NCBI RefSeq assembly: GCF_006345805.1
Contig: NC_043014.1
Coordinates: forward strand, 48,918,001-48,982,000
Direction of reading: 5' to 3'
From: Octopus sinensis
Taxonomy: Eukaryota
Length of the DNA stretch: 64,000 bases
A program made the position numbers and the translations under genes. The notes beneath the pieces were generated by a model, which was given only the letters and a program-made list of their open reading frames with translations, had not been told where the DNA came from and made no database searches. The stretch's first letter is position 1; every line of letters starts with the position of its first letter. Positions 41,286 through 54,798 of this stretch are shown piece by piece.

Positions 41286-41667
41286 CTAGCAGTATCGCCC
41301 GGCGTTGCTCGGGTTTGTAAGGGAAATAACTATATAAGCATTTTTAGAGAGTTACTTCCTTTATAGATGCCAATTCGGGCTTTCTTAGCCATTTCTGTTT
41401 TGGTGTCTTCAAGCCATGAAGTCGTTGTTCTCGCCGCCATCAGCACACGAAAAATTATGCATTAAAATGGAATAAAAAATGATGTTAAATTATTTTTAAA
41501 ATCGTAGACTCATCGTAGATGCGCGCTAATAGCCAGACGGGCTCGATATTAATCACGACTATAAGATACCCGAATTTGGTTAAACTGCACCGCAAAATGT
41601 GGGAGGAGTTAGGAATCTAAATCGTAGGAGACAGACACTCACACAACTACGGTTTTATATATATAGA
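41286..41667 (-). mobile_element. Complete non-autonomous Helitron (382 bp)
   Basis: The minus strand begins A|TCTATATATATAAAA and ends CCCGAGCAACGCCGGG..CTAG|T. It is inserted at an AT site with no TSD. Confidence 0.85.
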
Positions 41668-42629
41668 TATATATGTATGTATATGTCGCTGTACCACTGT
41701 ATTGACCAGAATATCAGATGTTGTTATAGACTGCTGGTGACAATGTATTTCCAATTGCTTCTTCATGGTGACATTCTTATCCACTTTGAGCCCAATAAAT
41801 CATCTACCCATCACCATAGAGGCAGCCTCCTAATTTGCAATAGATATATATGCCCATATATATGCATATATATATATGTGTGTATATTATATTATATTAT
41901 ATTATATTATATTATATTATATTATATTACACACCTATTATTAATATATTATATTACATCATATTATTAATATATTATATATTAGATTATATTAGATTAT
42001 ATTATGTTATTTTGTATTATATTACATCATATTATATTATATTATATTACATTATATTATATTATATTACATCATATTACATTATATTATATTATATTAT
42101 ATTATATTATATTACATTATATTATATTACATCATATTACATTATATTATATTATATTATATTATATTATATTACATTATATTATATTATATTATATTTA
42201 TATTTATATTATATTATATTAGATTATATTATATTAGATTAGATTATATGTATTGTAAAAATTCTTTGATAGAGAACTCAATATGTTGCATAGAGTAGAT
42301 AGCTACATTTATTATATCAAAAATGTTACGTGTTTTGATATAATAAACATATGTATATATCTATGAATATGGATATATATATATGTGTGTGTATATATGC
42401 ATAAATATGTAAATATATATATATATATACATACATACGCAAACACATACACACACACACATATTATTGTATTTGTATGCATAGATATGCATGTAGAACA
42501 AGTATATATGAGTACAGATATGTGTGTGTATAAATATATGTATATAATCAGTATATTCATAAGTTCCAAAAATAAAACGGTCTTCTTCCAGTATCCAAGA
42601 CAGGGATTCAATTCGGTTGCAATGTTTTC

Positions 42630-42634
42630 TTACT
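42630..42634 (-). CDS. Possible terminal TRIM exon start (G|AG TAA, then 3' UTR)
   Basis: A strong acceptor tctcatttctatttccag lies in non-repetitive sequence. A phase-1 join would give ...SAE*. Not verifiable without transcripts. Confidence 0.3.
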
Positions 42635-43582
42635 CTGGAAATAGAAATGAGAATCAAGTCAGCTGAAAATGAAACAAACATCAGCAATAGAGATAGGATG
42701 GTCATGGTTGGTTTGACCATAGTTCTTCTCAGTTAGATGATTAAATAGGAATCAAGGACTCTGATATCATCAGGGAAATGGTGAAATGGTCATGCTAGAT
42801 ATATAGAAAACAAGTTGTGGCCGTTGCCAGCGTAGCCTGGCCCCCGTGCCGGTGGCACGTAAAAAGCACCATCAGATTGTGGCCTTTTGCCAGCCTCGTC
42901 TGGCACGTAAAAAGCACCCACTACACTCACGGAGTGGTTGGCATTAGGAAGGGCATCCAGCCGTAGAAACATTGCCAGATCAGACTGGGCCTGGTGCAGC
43001 CTTCTGGCTTCCCAGAACCCAGTTGAACCGTCCAACCCATGCTAGCATGGAAAGCGGATGCTAAACGAAGATGATGATGATGATGATGATGATGAAGTTG
43101 GTTAGAAATTTTACCGGTAGAATTTAAACTCTGACCATTCAAAAGGTGTATTGTGGTCATAAACAAAGGAACTGAGAAGGTTAGAACTTATACAGAGCAG
43201 GCTTACAGGGGGCAGTAAGTATTACAAGCTGATGGGGAGTAGATTTTATGAAGTCTGTAACCCACAGATGACAGAGGTCTGTGTTGGTTGAGCAAGAGAG
43301 AGGGACACTCAACAAATGCAAAGATGGCAAAAGGAATGTTGAAATTGGCAGGGATGGAGGTTTGGAGACTTAACATATGTATGTACTTGTAATTGTCAGT
43401 GTGTGTGTGTATTTATTTACTTATTTTTATACACACACACATACTACCTTACTTGGAAACAGGTTAGGGTTTGCACAGGATGGGCATCCAGCAGTAGAAG
43501 ATCTGCTTGAACAAGTTCCATCCAACTCATGCAAGTATGGAAAAAGTGGATGTGAAAATGATGATGATGATGATGGTGATAC

Positions 43583-43617
<35 letters not shown>

Positions 43618-43669
43618 TACACACACACATACATACATACATACATATATACATGCATACATATATATG

Positions 43670-44512
43670 CTCAGTGAGTGTTACCACTAGAATAAGAATA
43701 GCCTGGGCAAAGTTCAGAAAGCTTCTACCCCTACTGGTGACAAAGGGCCTTTGCTTAGAGTGAAAGGTAGACTGTATGATACATGTGTGCGAACTGCCAT
43801 GCTTCACGGCAGTGAAACATGGGCCTTGACTGCAGAGGGCATGTGTAGGCTCGAAGAAATGAAGCTAGCATGAATGTGTAATGTCAGTGTGCACACACGA
43901 CAGAGTGTAAGCACCCTGAGAGAAACGTTGGACACAAGAAGCATCAGATGTAGTGTGCAAGAGAGACGTTTGCGCTGGTATGGTCATATCTGGAGATATG
44001 CTGTGACTGAGAAGACCTGGCAAATAAAGGGAGTTCACTGCTGTAACCTACACCAGTGTTGCATAACCAGCCCACTCAAGAGTACCATGGATTGTAGAGT
44101 GATATGCCATGCATGAGGAGACCTACTGACCCAAGTACATCAAAATCAAAATCAAAGGGAAATTGTAGTTGCAATCCCTTTGCCGGTGGCATGTAAAAAG
44201 CACTATCTGAATGTGGTCAATGCCAGTGCCACCTTGACTGGCTTCTGTGCTGGTGTCACATAAAAAGCACCAATCAACCATGGTCATTGCCAGCCCCCTC
44301 TTCCCCCTGTACTGGTGGCATGTAAAAAGCACCCACTACACTCTGGGAGTGGTTGGCGTTAGGAAGGGCATCCTGCTGTAGAAACACTGCCAGATCAGAC
44401 TGGAGCCTGGTGCAGCATCCTGGCTTCCCTAACCCCAGTCGAACCGTCCAACCAATGCCAGCATGGAAAAACGGACGTGAAACGATGATGATGATGATGA
44501 TGATGATGATGA
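43670..44512 (+). mobile_element. RTE-clade LINE 3' fragment (ORF2 C-terminus, 3' UTR, (GAT)n)
   Basis: RIRIAWAKFRKLLPLL, KGRLYDTCVRTAMLHGSETW and RRLRWYGH, followed by the abundant GAT-tailed UTR. Confidence 0.88.
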
Positions 44513-44913
44513 TATACATATATAGAAATTAAAAGAAAATGGAGATTCACAATTAGCATATTTTAAATATAATTTATTAACATAATATCATATTACAATA
44601 AATATAATATAATATAAATATAAATACAAATACTAATCCTACAAATTGTTTTGATTTTATTACCCAATAATGAATTTATTAAAAAAATTCATATTTATGG
44701 GTATGAATCTCATCAGGGAAATATTTGACAAAATTAGACAAAATTACATGTAAGGATTGTTAAATCCTAGAAAAGACTGCATTTTTGTATATTGAATATC
44801 TACCCTTTTGAGTTGTGAAAAGTTTCTCTGCCATTTTCGGTATTTACAGAAAAACCAGTGGAAAACTGGGTATTTTTCCATCCCAATAAAGGAAACTGAT
44901 TTTCTTTGTATTG

Positions 44914-44996
<83 letters not shown>

Positions 44997-45185
44997 CTCT
45001 TTTACTTGTTTCGGTCATTTGACTGTGGCCATGCTGGAGCACCGCCTTTTAGTCGAGCAAATCGACCCCCAGGACTTATTCTTTGTAAGCCTAGTACTTA
45101 TTCTATTGGTCTCTTTTGCTGAATTGCTAAGTTACGGGGGACGTAAACACACCAGCATTGGGGGTACAAACACAGACACACACAT

Positions 45186-45515
45186 GGACTCATGGTCATG
45201 TTTACAAAGTCAGAAAACAGCACAGCTCCCATGACTTTAGGAAACATTTTTTCACGCTGAGAGTTGCTGAAGCATGGAACAAACTGCCGGCATCAGTTGT
45301 TAGTTGTCGGAGCACTGCATCCTTCAAAACTTCCATGCTTCCTGAGATTCGCCAACACTACACCTGATTTTCTCCCCTCCATACACACGCAAGCATGTAT
45401 CTGACTCGTACACTGTTCACTTTCCAGACATTTGTACATTACTGCCTATGCTTTATACGCACATTTAACAAGTTGTGGTGCACCTGTACACTGTATACAA
45501 TAATTTCATTATTAT
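45186..45515 (+). mobile_element. CR1/L2-type LINE 3' end
   Basis: Same ORF2 C-terminal motif and 3' UTR. Confidence 0.8.
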
Positions 45516-46339
45516 AATAAAACCCCCATCAGCTAAGTAGTGGGTAGTATTTGAGGTCGGTGGAAGAGGATTTATACCAGGAGTTGACATTACAGTGTGA
45601 TAGAGGGACAAGTACGGGTGTCTTGCTACAGAGGAAACACATGGCTACGCATGTTATATAAAGGTGGGCAAGAGAAGCTGACAAGATGGGAGAACATCTT
45701 AAGATACAAGGTGAGTGTAAGAGAGGCTACAAGACTGTGAATCAGGGAGAGAAGGGGTAGTTCCATGAGAGTGTGAGGGAGGAGTAACTGATGGTTAGAA
45801 ATGGCGGAAGTAGGGGTATAGGTGAATGTAGTGAGTGGTGATAAGGGTGGAGGTGTGTCTGATGGGGAAAAAGCAGAATGGAAAGAGATGCTAAAATGGG
45901 AGAAAGGAGGAGAGAAGTGGCTCAGGAAGGAGAATCGTTCAAAAAGTACATACATTTATATATATACCACTGTATTTATGTTCATATGTGAAGGCATGTG
46001 GCCTAGTGGTTAGAGTACTGCACTCATGATGCTAGATCATGGGTTCAATTCTTGGACTGGGTGGCACATTGTTTTCCTTGAGCAAAACTCTTCACTTCAC
46101 ACTGTCCCAGTCCATCTGTAAATGGGTGACCACCCTTTGACAGAAAAGCCTCCTGATCAAGAGAAATGTTAGTCTGCTCACTTGGCCAGTGGGCTGATGT
46201 CGTTCGGGAGCTAAGACAATGCAAAGTGCATTGTGATCAGAGATGTATAACAACATCTAATAGTCTGGTCAATACCATAATATACATATATATATATATT
46301 GCTGAATATTCATACACACACACACACGTGCACATATAT

Positions 46340-46582
46340 GTATGTATTTATGTCAGGCATGTGGAAGAGAGTGTAATTCGGCAGGACTTAAACGACATGC
46401 AAAGGTACATGAAGCCCAGTTACAACTGCAGCCGGCTATTACCGGTAAAGGTTTTAGCTGCCAATTCTGTACAAGACATTGTAGATCTTTGGCTGGGCTA
46501 AAAAGTCACATTCGATCTCAGCACCAGTAACAGTTAAGCTTCGTGCAATGGCCATACTCGATAACGAGGGAGCAGCCATCAT
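46340..46582 (+). mobile_element. RTE/BovB-like LINE ORF2 C-terminal zinc fingers and short 3' UTR
   Basis: CQACGREC..GLKRHAKVH and CQFCTRHCRSLAGLKSHIRSQH*, followed by a hairpin tail (CTCGATAACGAG). No TGEKP linkers. Confidence 0.65.
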
Positions 46583-47037
46583 GTTTGTATGCATGTCACT
46601 GTGTCATCATCATAATTATCATTTCATTGAACGTCTATACATCATGCTGGCATAGGTTGGAAGGTTCAACAAAATCCAATGAGTCAAATGACTGCTTTGA
46701 GCTCTAATATCTACATTGGTAAGATTTCTATGGTTACACACACTTCCTAATGCCAACCACTTTATGGAATGTACTGGGTGCTTTTTTTGTGTGTGACACC
46801 AGCACAAATGAGGATACCAAAATAACTCACAAAACAAGCTCCTTTGAGAGAATGGGAGGTATTGATGCGAGATGGCTTTGTATTGAGTACTGAGTATTGA
46901 GAAGTGAAAGTATGATATAGGTGACAGCAACAGGTAATTTGCAGGGGAGGAAGTAGATGGCTACCCCAGCAAGAAAAGGAGAAAGGATGGTGGAGCAAGG
47001 TGTCAGGACATACCTTCGTCTCACAAAATGTTCTTAC

Positions 47038-47734
47038 CTGCTGACAAAAATATGACTCCATCAGCTAACAGGGATGTTTTTGACTGACTGATAGACCTGG
47101 TTATGTGTGGTACCTTTGGTGGACCACGTCTACACAGCCAGGACAACAAACCACGTGGTTTTACCTGCCGAGACTTTTCATTGCTCACCTCAACAAGGGC
47201 CGTTTCTGTTGCTACCTCTGTTGTCTCGATAAAGTTCATAGACGTCGACGAATCTATCTTTGGTAAGTTGTACCTCACGATGGCATCGTTGCCCACTTCT
47301 TCTGTTGGAGTCTCAGAAGTAATGGTAACTGTTCCGAGTGGCAAACCTTCCAACTTTCTCAGACATTCCTGGATTTTGGTGTTCATGTCAAACCGAAAAT
47401 GTCTCTTTTCTTTGTCAATTCGTTCTAACAACTTCTTCACTTTCTTTGCATTATCGGGAATTTTCTTGTCAATTGTATTAACAAGATTCAGGAACTGAGG
47501 TTCATTTTTACCTCGGTAACAGTTTTCAAATATTTTGTAAGTTTCTGAAAGATTGGACAATGTGTCGTTGATGTCATTTTCAAGAATTTCTCTCTTAGCA
47601 TCCTCTTCTTTGTAGAACTTTTCCAGTTCTTCAATCAGGTTGGTCTCATTCATCTTGAGAGAGTCTATCAATCGACTGGTCGTGTCCTGGATATCAGACA
47701 CTATGCTGGTTCGACGGTCAAGGGCTGTATTGCG
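47038..47734 (-). CDS. TRIM-family E3 ligase, second coding exon (coiled coil and C-terminal region)
   Basis: Acceptor ctttctctttcag|CGC is in frame with the previous exon (KITKQ-RNTALDRR). The open 697-nt frame has coiled-coil character, and the donor G|gtaaga is phase 1. Confidence 0.9.
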
Positions 47735-47984
47735 CTGAAAGAGAAAGAATGACTGAAATATATGGTATGTATTATTATAATTTATTATAATATATTATAA
47801 TATATTATAATATATGAGAGTTTGCTCTTGTATCCCACCACTACCTTCCTTCTTATCTCCTTCAGCCATATATCTCCCCTACAGCAACACGCCTGTGATT
47901 GATTTTTCCTTGATGAACACAGGTGTCTTGCTATGCTTTTTTCCAATATATTGGTAATTCTACCAGCTTGCTAACTTAATAATA

Positions 47985-48117
<133 letters not shown>

Positions 48118-48119
48118 AA

Positions 48120-48515
48120 TAAATCTGAGCAAATATAAAGATTTTGAAATAGAACTCAGCAAAATGTGGAACCTGAAGACTAAAACAATACCTGTTGTCA
48201 TAGGTGCCCTGGGAATGATACCTAACTCAGATACCAGGAAACCCCAAAATGGCAGAAATTCAAAAGATAGTGCTCATGGGAACTGTTCATATCCTACGCA
48301 AAATACTTTCTATGTAATCTCAAGTTTTAAAACAAACATAATTTTCATATGGTTTTTTAGATATTCACTAGTACAACACTAAGCACAAAACCAAATACAT
48401 GGCACCCTAGGTATAACACCAACATGAACTTCCAACTTCTTGTCTCTTGAGGTCTCTGGGTGAGACTTGGAGCCAACTTGTACAAATGTAAAGCAAAAGC
48501 CAAACATAGAACAAT
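48120..48515 (+). mobile_element. R4/Dong-clade non-LTR retrotransposon 3' end in (TAA)n
   Basis: KYKDFEIELSKMWNLKTKTIPVVIGALG..EIQKIVLMGTVHILRKILSM*, flanked on both sides by (AAT)n. Confidence 0.82.
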
Positions 48516-49378
48516 AATAATAATAATAATTAATAGTTATCGCCATACTAATATGGCAATCTTATAAATATAAGACTAAAGCTGTCGATGATTAGCTCCA
48601 AGAGGCCACCGCCTCAAGCTAGCTATTTGACACACAATCTGCGTCCATTATAGTCTTTCGAACAGGGAAGGTCAGCCGCTTCATCCTGCTAGTCAGACAG
48701 CTGCAGACGTGTTTCAGGGTAGTTGCCCTTTATCAATAATAATAATAATAATAATAAAACTACTGAATAATAATAATAATTCTTTCTACAATAAGCACAA
48801 AACCTGAAACTTAGAAGATGTCTAGTCAATTACATCAACCCCAGTGCTCAACTGGTACTTATTTAATCCCGTCTTCAACCCTTTCAATTGCGTTCACCAC
48901 ACAACTTCTTTCACCATAGCCACCAGACAGAGAAAAACTGCTTGTCCTTCTCAGCCAAAGGAAGGAGGCAGGGTGATCATTATGATGGACTCAGATAATA
49001 GCCAGATCTGTCCAACATGTGACAATAACTTGAGTTCTATAGGGGATTAGTGGAGGGCAAGAGTGACAATGTTCTCAGAGAGGTTCTGAGCATCAGGAGG
49101 GATGAACTGGCTGATCTTTTCTGGAGGACTTTCGGACCAGGGCCTATGGGTTACTTCCAGAAATCCCTGGCCTGGCAGTGTTACTGGGGGGGGGGCTCTG
49201 CTGGTTTGGGATAAGTTCTAAATGCACGGGTGTGCATCAAAAGGGCTTGACTAAGATGCATGCAGGGTGATGAAACTGTTCTGCATGCTCTCGTACAGTG
49301 TCCATGATCAACCCTGAAAGGACGAAGGGTAAAGCTGACAGCGATGACGACGACAACAACAACAACAACAACAGCAAT

Positions 49379-49433
<55 letters not shown>

Positions 49434-51335
49434 TAGAATAGAATAAGACAAAACATTGTGGAAACAAGTAATCAATGACTTACAAAACAACTTCATTTAT
49501 TGATTCTGAATTGGTGACTAATCTTTCAGAACAACCTTACAAATTCACACCCCACCCTTCAAGATATAAAGGGGTGTGCCAGGTTTAAAGTAAACACAAA
49601 TAATCCTTTACTGAACAGATGTTGTCCTATTGATTCAAATTGGGATGACTAAACTTAGACAGTTGAGAATAATGATTTTTGTTTTATGACAAATTACAAT
49701 GTTTTCTTAACCTGTTTTACTGTATTTCCTCTTTTCTCATATCACCATCTTGTTTCCTCCCACATACGATAATGTAAAAAAAAGTAGTTTTGTATATAAC
49801 ACTAATACATGACATTAACAACTTTATATCAAAGTACTTTTGTGTATAACATTGTTACTTAACATTAACAGCTTTAAAACTGACGTTCCATCAGTTATGA
49901 CAACAAGGGTTCCAGTTGATCCAATCAACGGAACAGTCTACTTGTGAAATTAATGTACAAGTGTCTGAACACTCCACAGACACATATACTCTTAATTCAG
50001 GGAGTTTCAGCATAACACCAAATGTGACAAAGCTGACCTTTTGAATTCAGGTACAACTCATTTTTACCAGCTGAGTGGTCTGGAGCAATAAGAAACAGTA
50101 CCTTTTATTCATTTGGGTGTTTTACAAAACACATGTCAAGAGGACAGTGTTTTGTAATATGACATTTGAGAGTTTATCATCAACATCAAAGGGGGGCAAG
50201 ATATCTCAAACTCTGAAGTCCTCAGGAAGGCTGGCTTTCAATCCATGCAACCTTCTGTTGAAGCAGAGGAATTTTCATTAACCAGGCCACATTGCCAGAC
50301 TTGACAATGATAGACTCTCAAAGAAAGTCCTGTTCTTGTAACTGGAAGATGGTTATTGAAACATTGGTAGAGCCAGGTTGAGATTCAAGGACACTGTTAA
50401 ACAGAACCCAAAGGATTTGTCTACCCCCAACTGACAAGTGGAACCAGTTAGCTGGTAATCATTTCATCTGAAGAAACTTGATTCATGGAGTCAGTCTTGG
50501 TTGTTGAAGATAGAATGGATAGAGTAAAGCAGCCTTGTATACAATATACTTCTATAATAATAAAAGTGAAATTCTGTCTGTCTTTACTTGACTTATAACT
50601 GCTTTCTGTCCTCTCTGTTACCTTTTTCCAATGAGCTGTAATGCACCTGGGTACCATACTCAATAATCTCACTTTTATTTACTTCACAATCTTCGTTTAT
50701 TTTTCTCTTCTCAAAGAAACTATAAGACTTCATTCCTGGGTTTGTAATCTGAGAGGTCAGGATGGCAACAGCAGGTTTACTTAAACAAAGAGAACCATAG
50801 ACAGGAAAGTTGAGACAGAGGCTTGGAATAGCCTTCTTTGAATATGTATATATGTATATGTTTGTGTGTGTGTGTTTGTATGTATGGTTGTGTGTGGGTG
50901 TACAAGTATATGTGTGTGTCCATATACATTGTGTGTGTGTCTATAGATGTGTGTGTGTATATATACATATTTATATATATAGTCAATTAAAAAAACACAG
51001 AGAAAAAGAAAAAAACAAACAAACGTGGCACAAACAATATATTAACTAGGTGCTCAGAGAAAGAGGAGAGTAGTTGTTTTATGTTTCGAGCATAGCTCTT
51101 CTTCAGAAACAGGAAAACAATAAAGTCCAAAGGAAACAAGGAAGAAGTGGGGGAAATATTACCAACAGTCCATGTGCGGTTACATTTCTGAAGTGACCAG
51201 AAGTAGAAGGAATGAAGAGAAAGTGCTTTCTGGGACAGGAGAGTATGAAGATAGTTGGTGTGTGTGTGTGTGTGTGTGTGTGTAAGGGAAGGGGTGTATA
51301 GCCGTATATCAATTTCAAGACCAACAGTCACTCAC

Positions 51336-52058
51336 CTGTTTTGTTATTTTGTCTCGCAGAAGCACCATTTCCTCCATGTGTTTCTTGAGGCTGTCTATGA
51401 TCAGATCAGCCGTCGTAGAATAGTCAGCAACAGCTTCCTCCAACAGTATTATCTTCTCACAGTTCTTGTGGTCAGTCAGATGGCATTTGTAGCATATACA
51501 CACCTTACACTTGTTGCAGAACGACCGCAGAGATTCAGTGTCATGTTTCGGGCATGGGTATGCATTGTTCGCAAACAGGAAGCCCTTCACACTGCAGTCC
51601 TCTATCAACGTGTGGTCGGATGTCAACTGCAGAGTCCGATGGGAATTTGTACAGCTTTCACACAGAGATTGGTAGCAGTCCTGACACCAGGAGACACTCT
51701 TCGATTGGATGTCGTCTCCCATACAAATGCCACAGAATTTGGTTACGGGTCGAATATCTAGTTGTTGCATTAAGTTTACCATGTGGAAATTGTCTGGGAA
51801 TGAGTCTACGACAGATCTTAGATTAGCAAAACTGAGTCTTTGCTGCCATTCCAACCTCACTTTATATTTACAAACCGGGCAAGGAAAGTTATCGTAATAT
51901 AGAACGGAGGATGGTGAAGCTGTGGTTGGTTGCCTGGATTGCAGATATTGCAGCAGACATTCTAAGCAAAAACAATGTAGACATGGAAGGGACTTGGGTT
52001 CAGTATAGGGTTCCAGGCAAAGATTACAAATGAAATTTTCGTACAAGGATTCGTCCAT
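51336..52058 (-). CDS. TRIM-family E3 ubiquitin ligase, first coding exon (RING, B-box1, B-box2, start of coiled coil)
   Basis: C3HC4 RING (CNLC..PCLHCFCLECL..CPVC), B-box1 (CGIC..WCQDCYQSLCESCTNSH..DH) and B-box2 (CPKH..FCNKCKVCICYKCHLTDH). Phase-0 donor CAG|gtgagt at 51335. An upstream acceptor at 52256 gives about 200 nt of UTR in the same exon. Confidence 0.95.
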
Positions 52059-52585
52059 TCTTCTGTTATCGCAGCCTATTTAACAATTCTTCCTCCTTAT
52101 CTCTCTCCTCTAGTTTCACTTTCTGTTCTTCAGTGCCAAGTCTTCAATGCCAATTTAATGCTGTTTTCTTTCAGTTCCTGGTGAAGAAGTTTCAATTAAG
52201 AAATATTTTACTTTGCCTTCGTTAAACTAATTTGTAGCCATGGCAGTGTTTCTTGCTGTAAGACCAAAAACAGATTATTTTTTAAATATTAAATATAAAC
52301 AGAATATAAAGTAAGACTTTTAAAATTAAATTCAGGAAGTTAACTTCTTCCTCATCAGATGCATGGCTGTGTGGTTAAGAAGCCTGCTTTGCAATCACAT
52401 GGTTTTGGGTTCAGCCCCACTGCACAGTATTCTGGGAAAGTGTCTTCTATTAGAGCTCAGTATGTGCAATGGTAACATGAGGAAACAGAAACATACACCT
52501 AGTGCCCACATCCATACACACACACAAATACACACACGCACACAGTCATTTCTTTCTTTCTCTCTCTCCTCTCTCTCTCTTTGTT

Positions 52586-52616
<31 letters not shown>

Positions 52617-53367
52617 TATATATATAATATATATTATGTAATTAGATATAGACTAATATTGATATTAGATTATGGGTGGGTTTCCTACCTTATAAATTAA
52701 AATTAATATTTAACATTATAGTCGATTTGGATATAATCATATTGTTAAGTTCTAAGTAAAATTATTATATTATATATATTATTTATATCTTAAAAATATT
52801 GTTTAAATATTTCTGATTATATTTTAGATATTTAAATCACCCGAAGAATGACTGTAACTCGAAATTTTAAGAATTGGACAGCCATGAAACGATCGTAGAG
52901 TGTTTATCTGCATGTATGTGTGTGTGTCTCTCTCTCTGTGTCTGTGTTTGTCTCCCTATATATACACACACACACAAACATATAAATATAAATATATGTG
53001 ACTCTGTAGTAAGAAGCTTGCTTCCCAACCACATGGTTTCAGGTTCAATCCCACTGTGTGACACCTTGGACAAGTGTCTTCTACTATAGCTTTGGGCTGA
53101 CCAAAGCCTTTTGAGTAGATTTGGTAGATGGAAACTGAAAGAAGCCCGATGTCTATATATCTATGTGTTTGTGTCTTTGTGACAATAATTATTGAGTATT
53201 TATGCCTCTGCAACTTAGTGGTTCAGCAAAAGAGACTTATAGAATAAGTACCAGGTTTAATAAATAAAATAAGTATTGGGGTCAATACATTTGACTAAAA
53301 TTTCTTTAAGGTGGTGCTCCAGCATGGCCACAGTCTAATGACTGAAACAAGTAAAAGAGTAAAGAAC

Positions 53368-53441
<74 letters not shown>

Positions 53442-53493
53442 ATGGTGATTTTTTTTCATCCGTCTTCAATTCCTTGGACTTTCCTTTTTCATA

Positions 53494-53525
53494 TTTCTGA
53501 CGAGAGCTCGCTCGAAACGTTAAAA
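53494..53525 (+). ncRNA. Minimal hammerhead motif in ~210-bp TA-embedded element (degenerate copies 5682-5716+, 18820-18854-, 28618-28652+)
   Basis: TTT-CTGACGA-GAGCTCGCTC-GAAACGTTA-AAA, with an AACGTT palindrome as in dimeric minimal HHRs of Penelope elements. Confidence 0.6.
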
Positions 53526-54341
53526 ACCTCCTTCTTTCCTAGTATCCATACTTGGTCCATGTCCTCGCGTTGTTGTGTTTTCTTCTTTGTTCATGTTGGA
53601 TTAATTATATATATATATCTTTGTTGTTTCATTAGACTGTGGCCATGCTGGGGCACCACCTCAAAGAAATTTTAACTGAATGAATCACCCCAGGATTTAC
53701 ATTTTTTAAAACATGGCATGTATTGTATCGGTCAATTTTGTTGAACTAGAGTATGTAAACATACACACACCACTTGTCAGTCAGTGGTAGGGAGACAAAC
53801 ACAGACACAGAGAGAGACACACACACACACACATGTAGATAAACACACACACACACACACACATACACACACCCATATATATATATATACGACGGACTTA
53901 TTTCAGTTTCTATCTAACAAATCCACTCATAAAGCTTTGGTCAGCCTGAGGCTATAGTAGAAGACACTTGCCCAAGGTGCGCCGCTGTGGGACTGAACCC
54001 GGAACCATGTGGTTGGTAAGCAAGCCTCTAACCACACAGCCATACTCCGCATCTGTGTGTGTGTGTGTGTATGTTTATGTAAATATATATACATACTAAT
54101 AAATATTAGGGAATATATCCAAATTTACAGGGAAAAAAAATCAATAGGATGAAAATCCAATTTTTATAGTAAAATATTTATACAAATATATTTGAGACAA
54201 ACCACTATTTTGCAAAACAAACAAGGAAGGACTAATCAATACATAAAATTTAATAAATAGTCTATTTTTGGACTATTTATTAAATTATGTATGATTAAGT
54301 CTTTCCTTGTTTGTTTTGCAAATAGTGGTTTGTCTCAAATA

Positions 54342-54372
<31 letters not shown>

Positions 54373-54555
54373 GATAGATTGCTAGCTCCTACAAGCTTTT
54401 TTTTCTCTCCTTGTTTTTTTTCTGTGTATCTTTCTGTCGAAGAGCGTAGGCTCGAAACGTAAAAGACTTTTTTCTATTCCTGAGTGCCTACTATACAATT
54501 GTTTGTTTGTGCTCCACCTGCCTTCGTCTTTTGTTTATTTTCGTAAACTTCCCGT

Positions 54556-54590
<35 letters not shown>

Positions 54591-54735
54591 CAATCTGTAG
54601 TTATGCAAAAACACTGAATGTGGAAGTACAATAATCATTTACTACATTTACTAGAATTTAAATAAATCTCTTTAAATAATAGCAATAACAACAATAACAA
54701 AGGCAACAACACCAACCACCACCACCACCACCACC

Positions 54736-54798
<63 letters not shown>

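Noticed and set aside
46342-46530. Two C2H2-like fingers suggesting a cephalopod C2H2-ZNF gene
   Set aside because: The spacing, GLxSHxR motif, immediate stop and hairpin tail fit an RTE LINE ORF2 C-terminus. There are no TGEKP linkers, and it is antisense to and just downstream of TRIM exon 2.
47103-47498. 131-aa plus-strand ORF (and 51255-51826 plus-strand ORFs)
   Set aside because: Antisense shadows of the TRIM exons.
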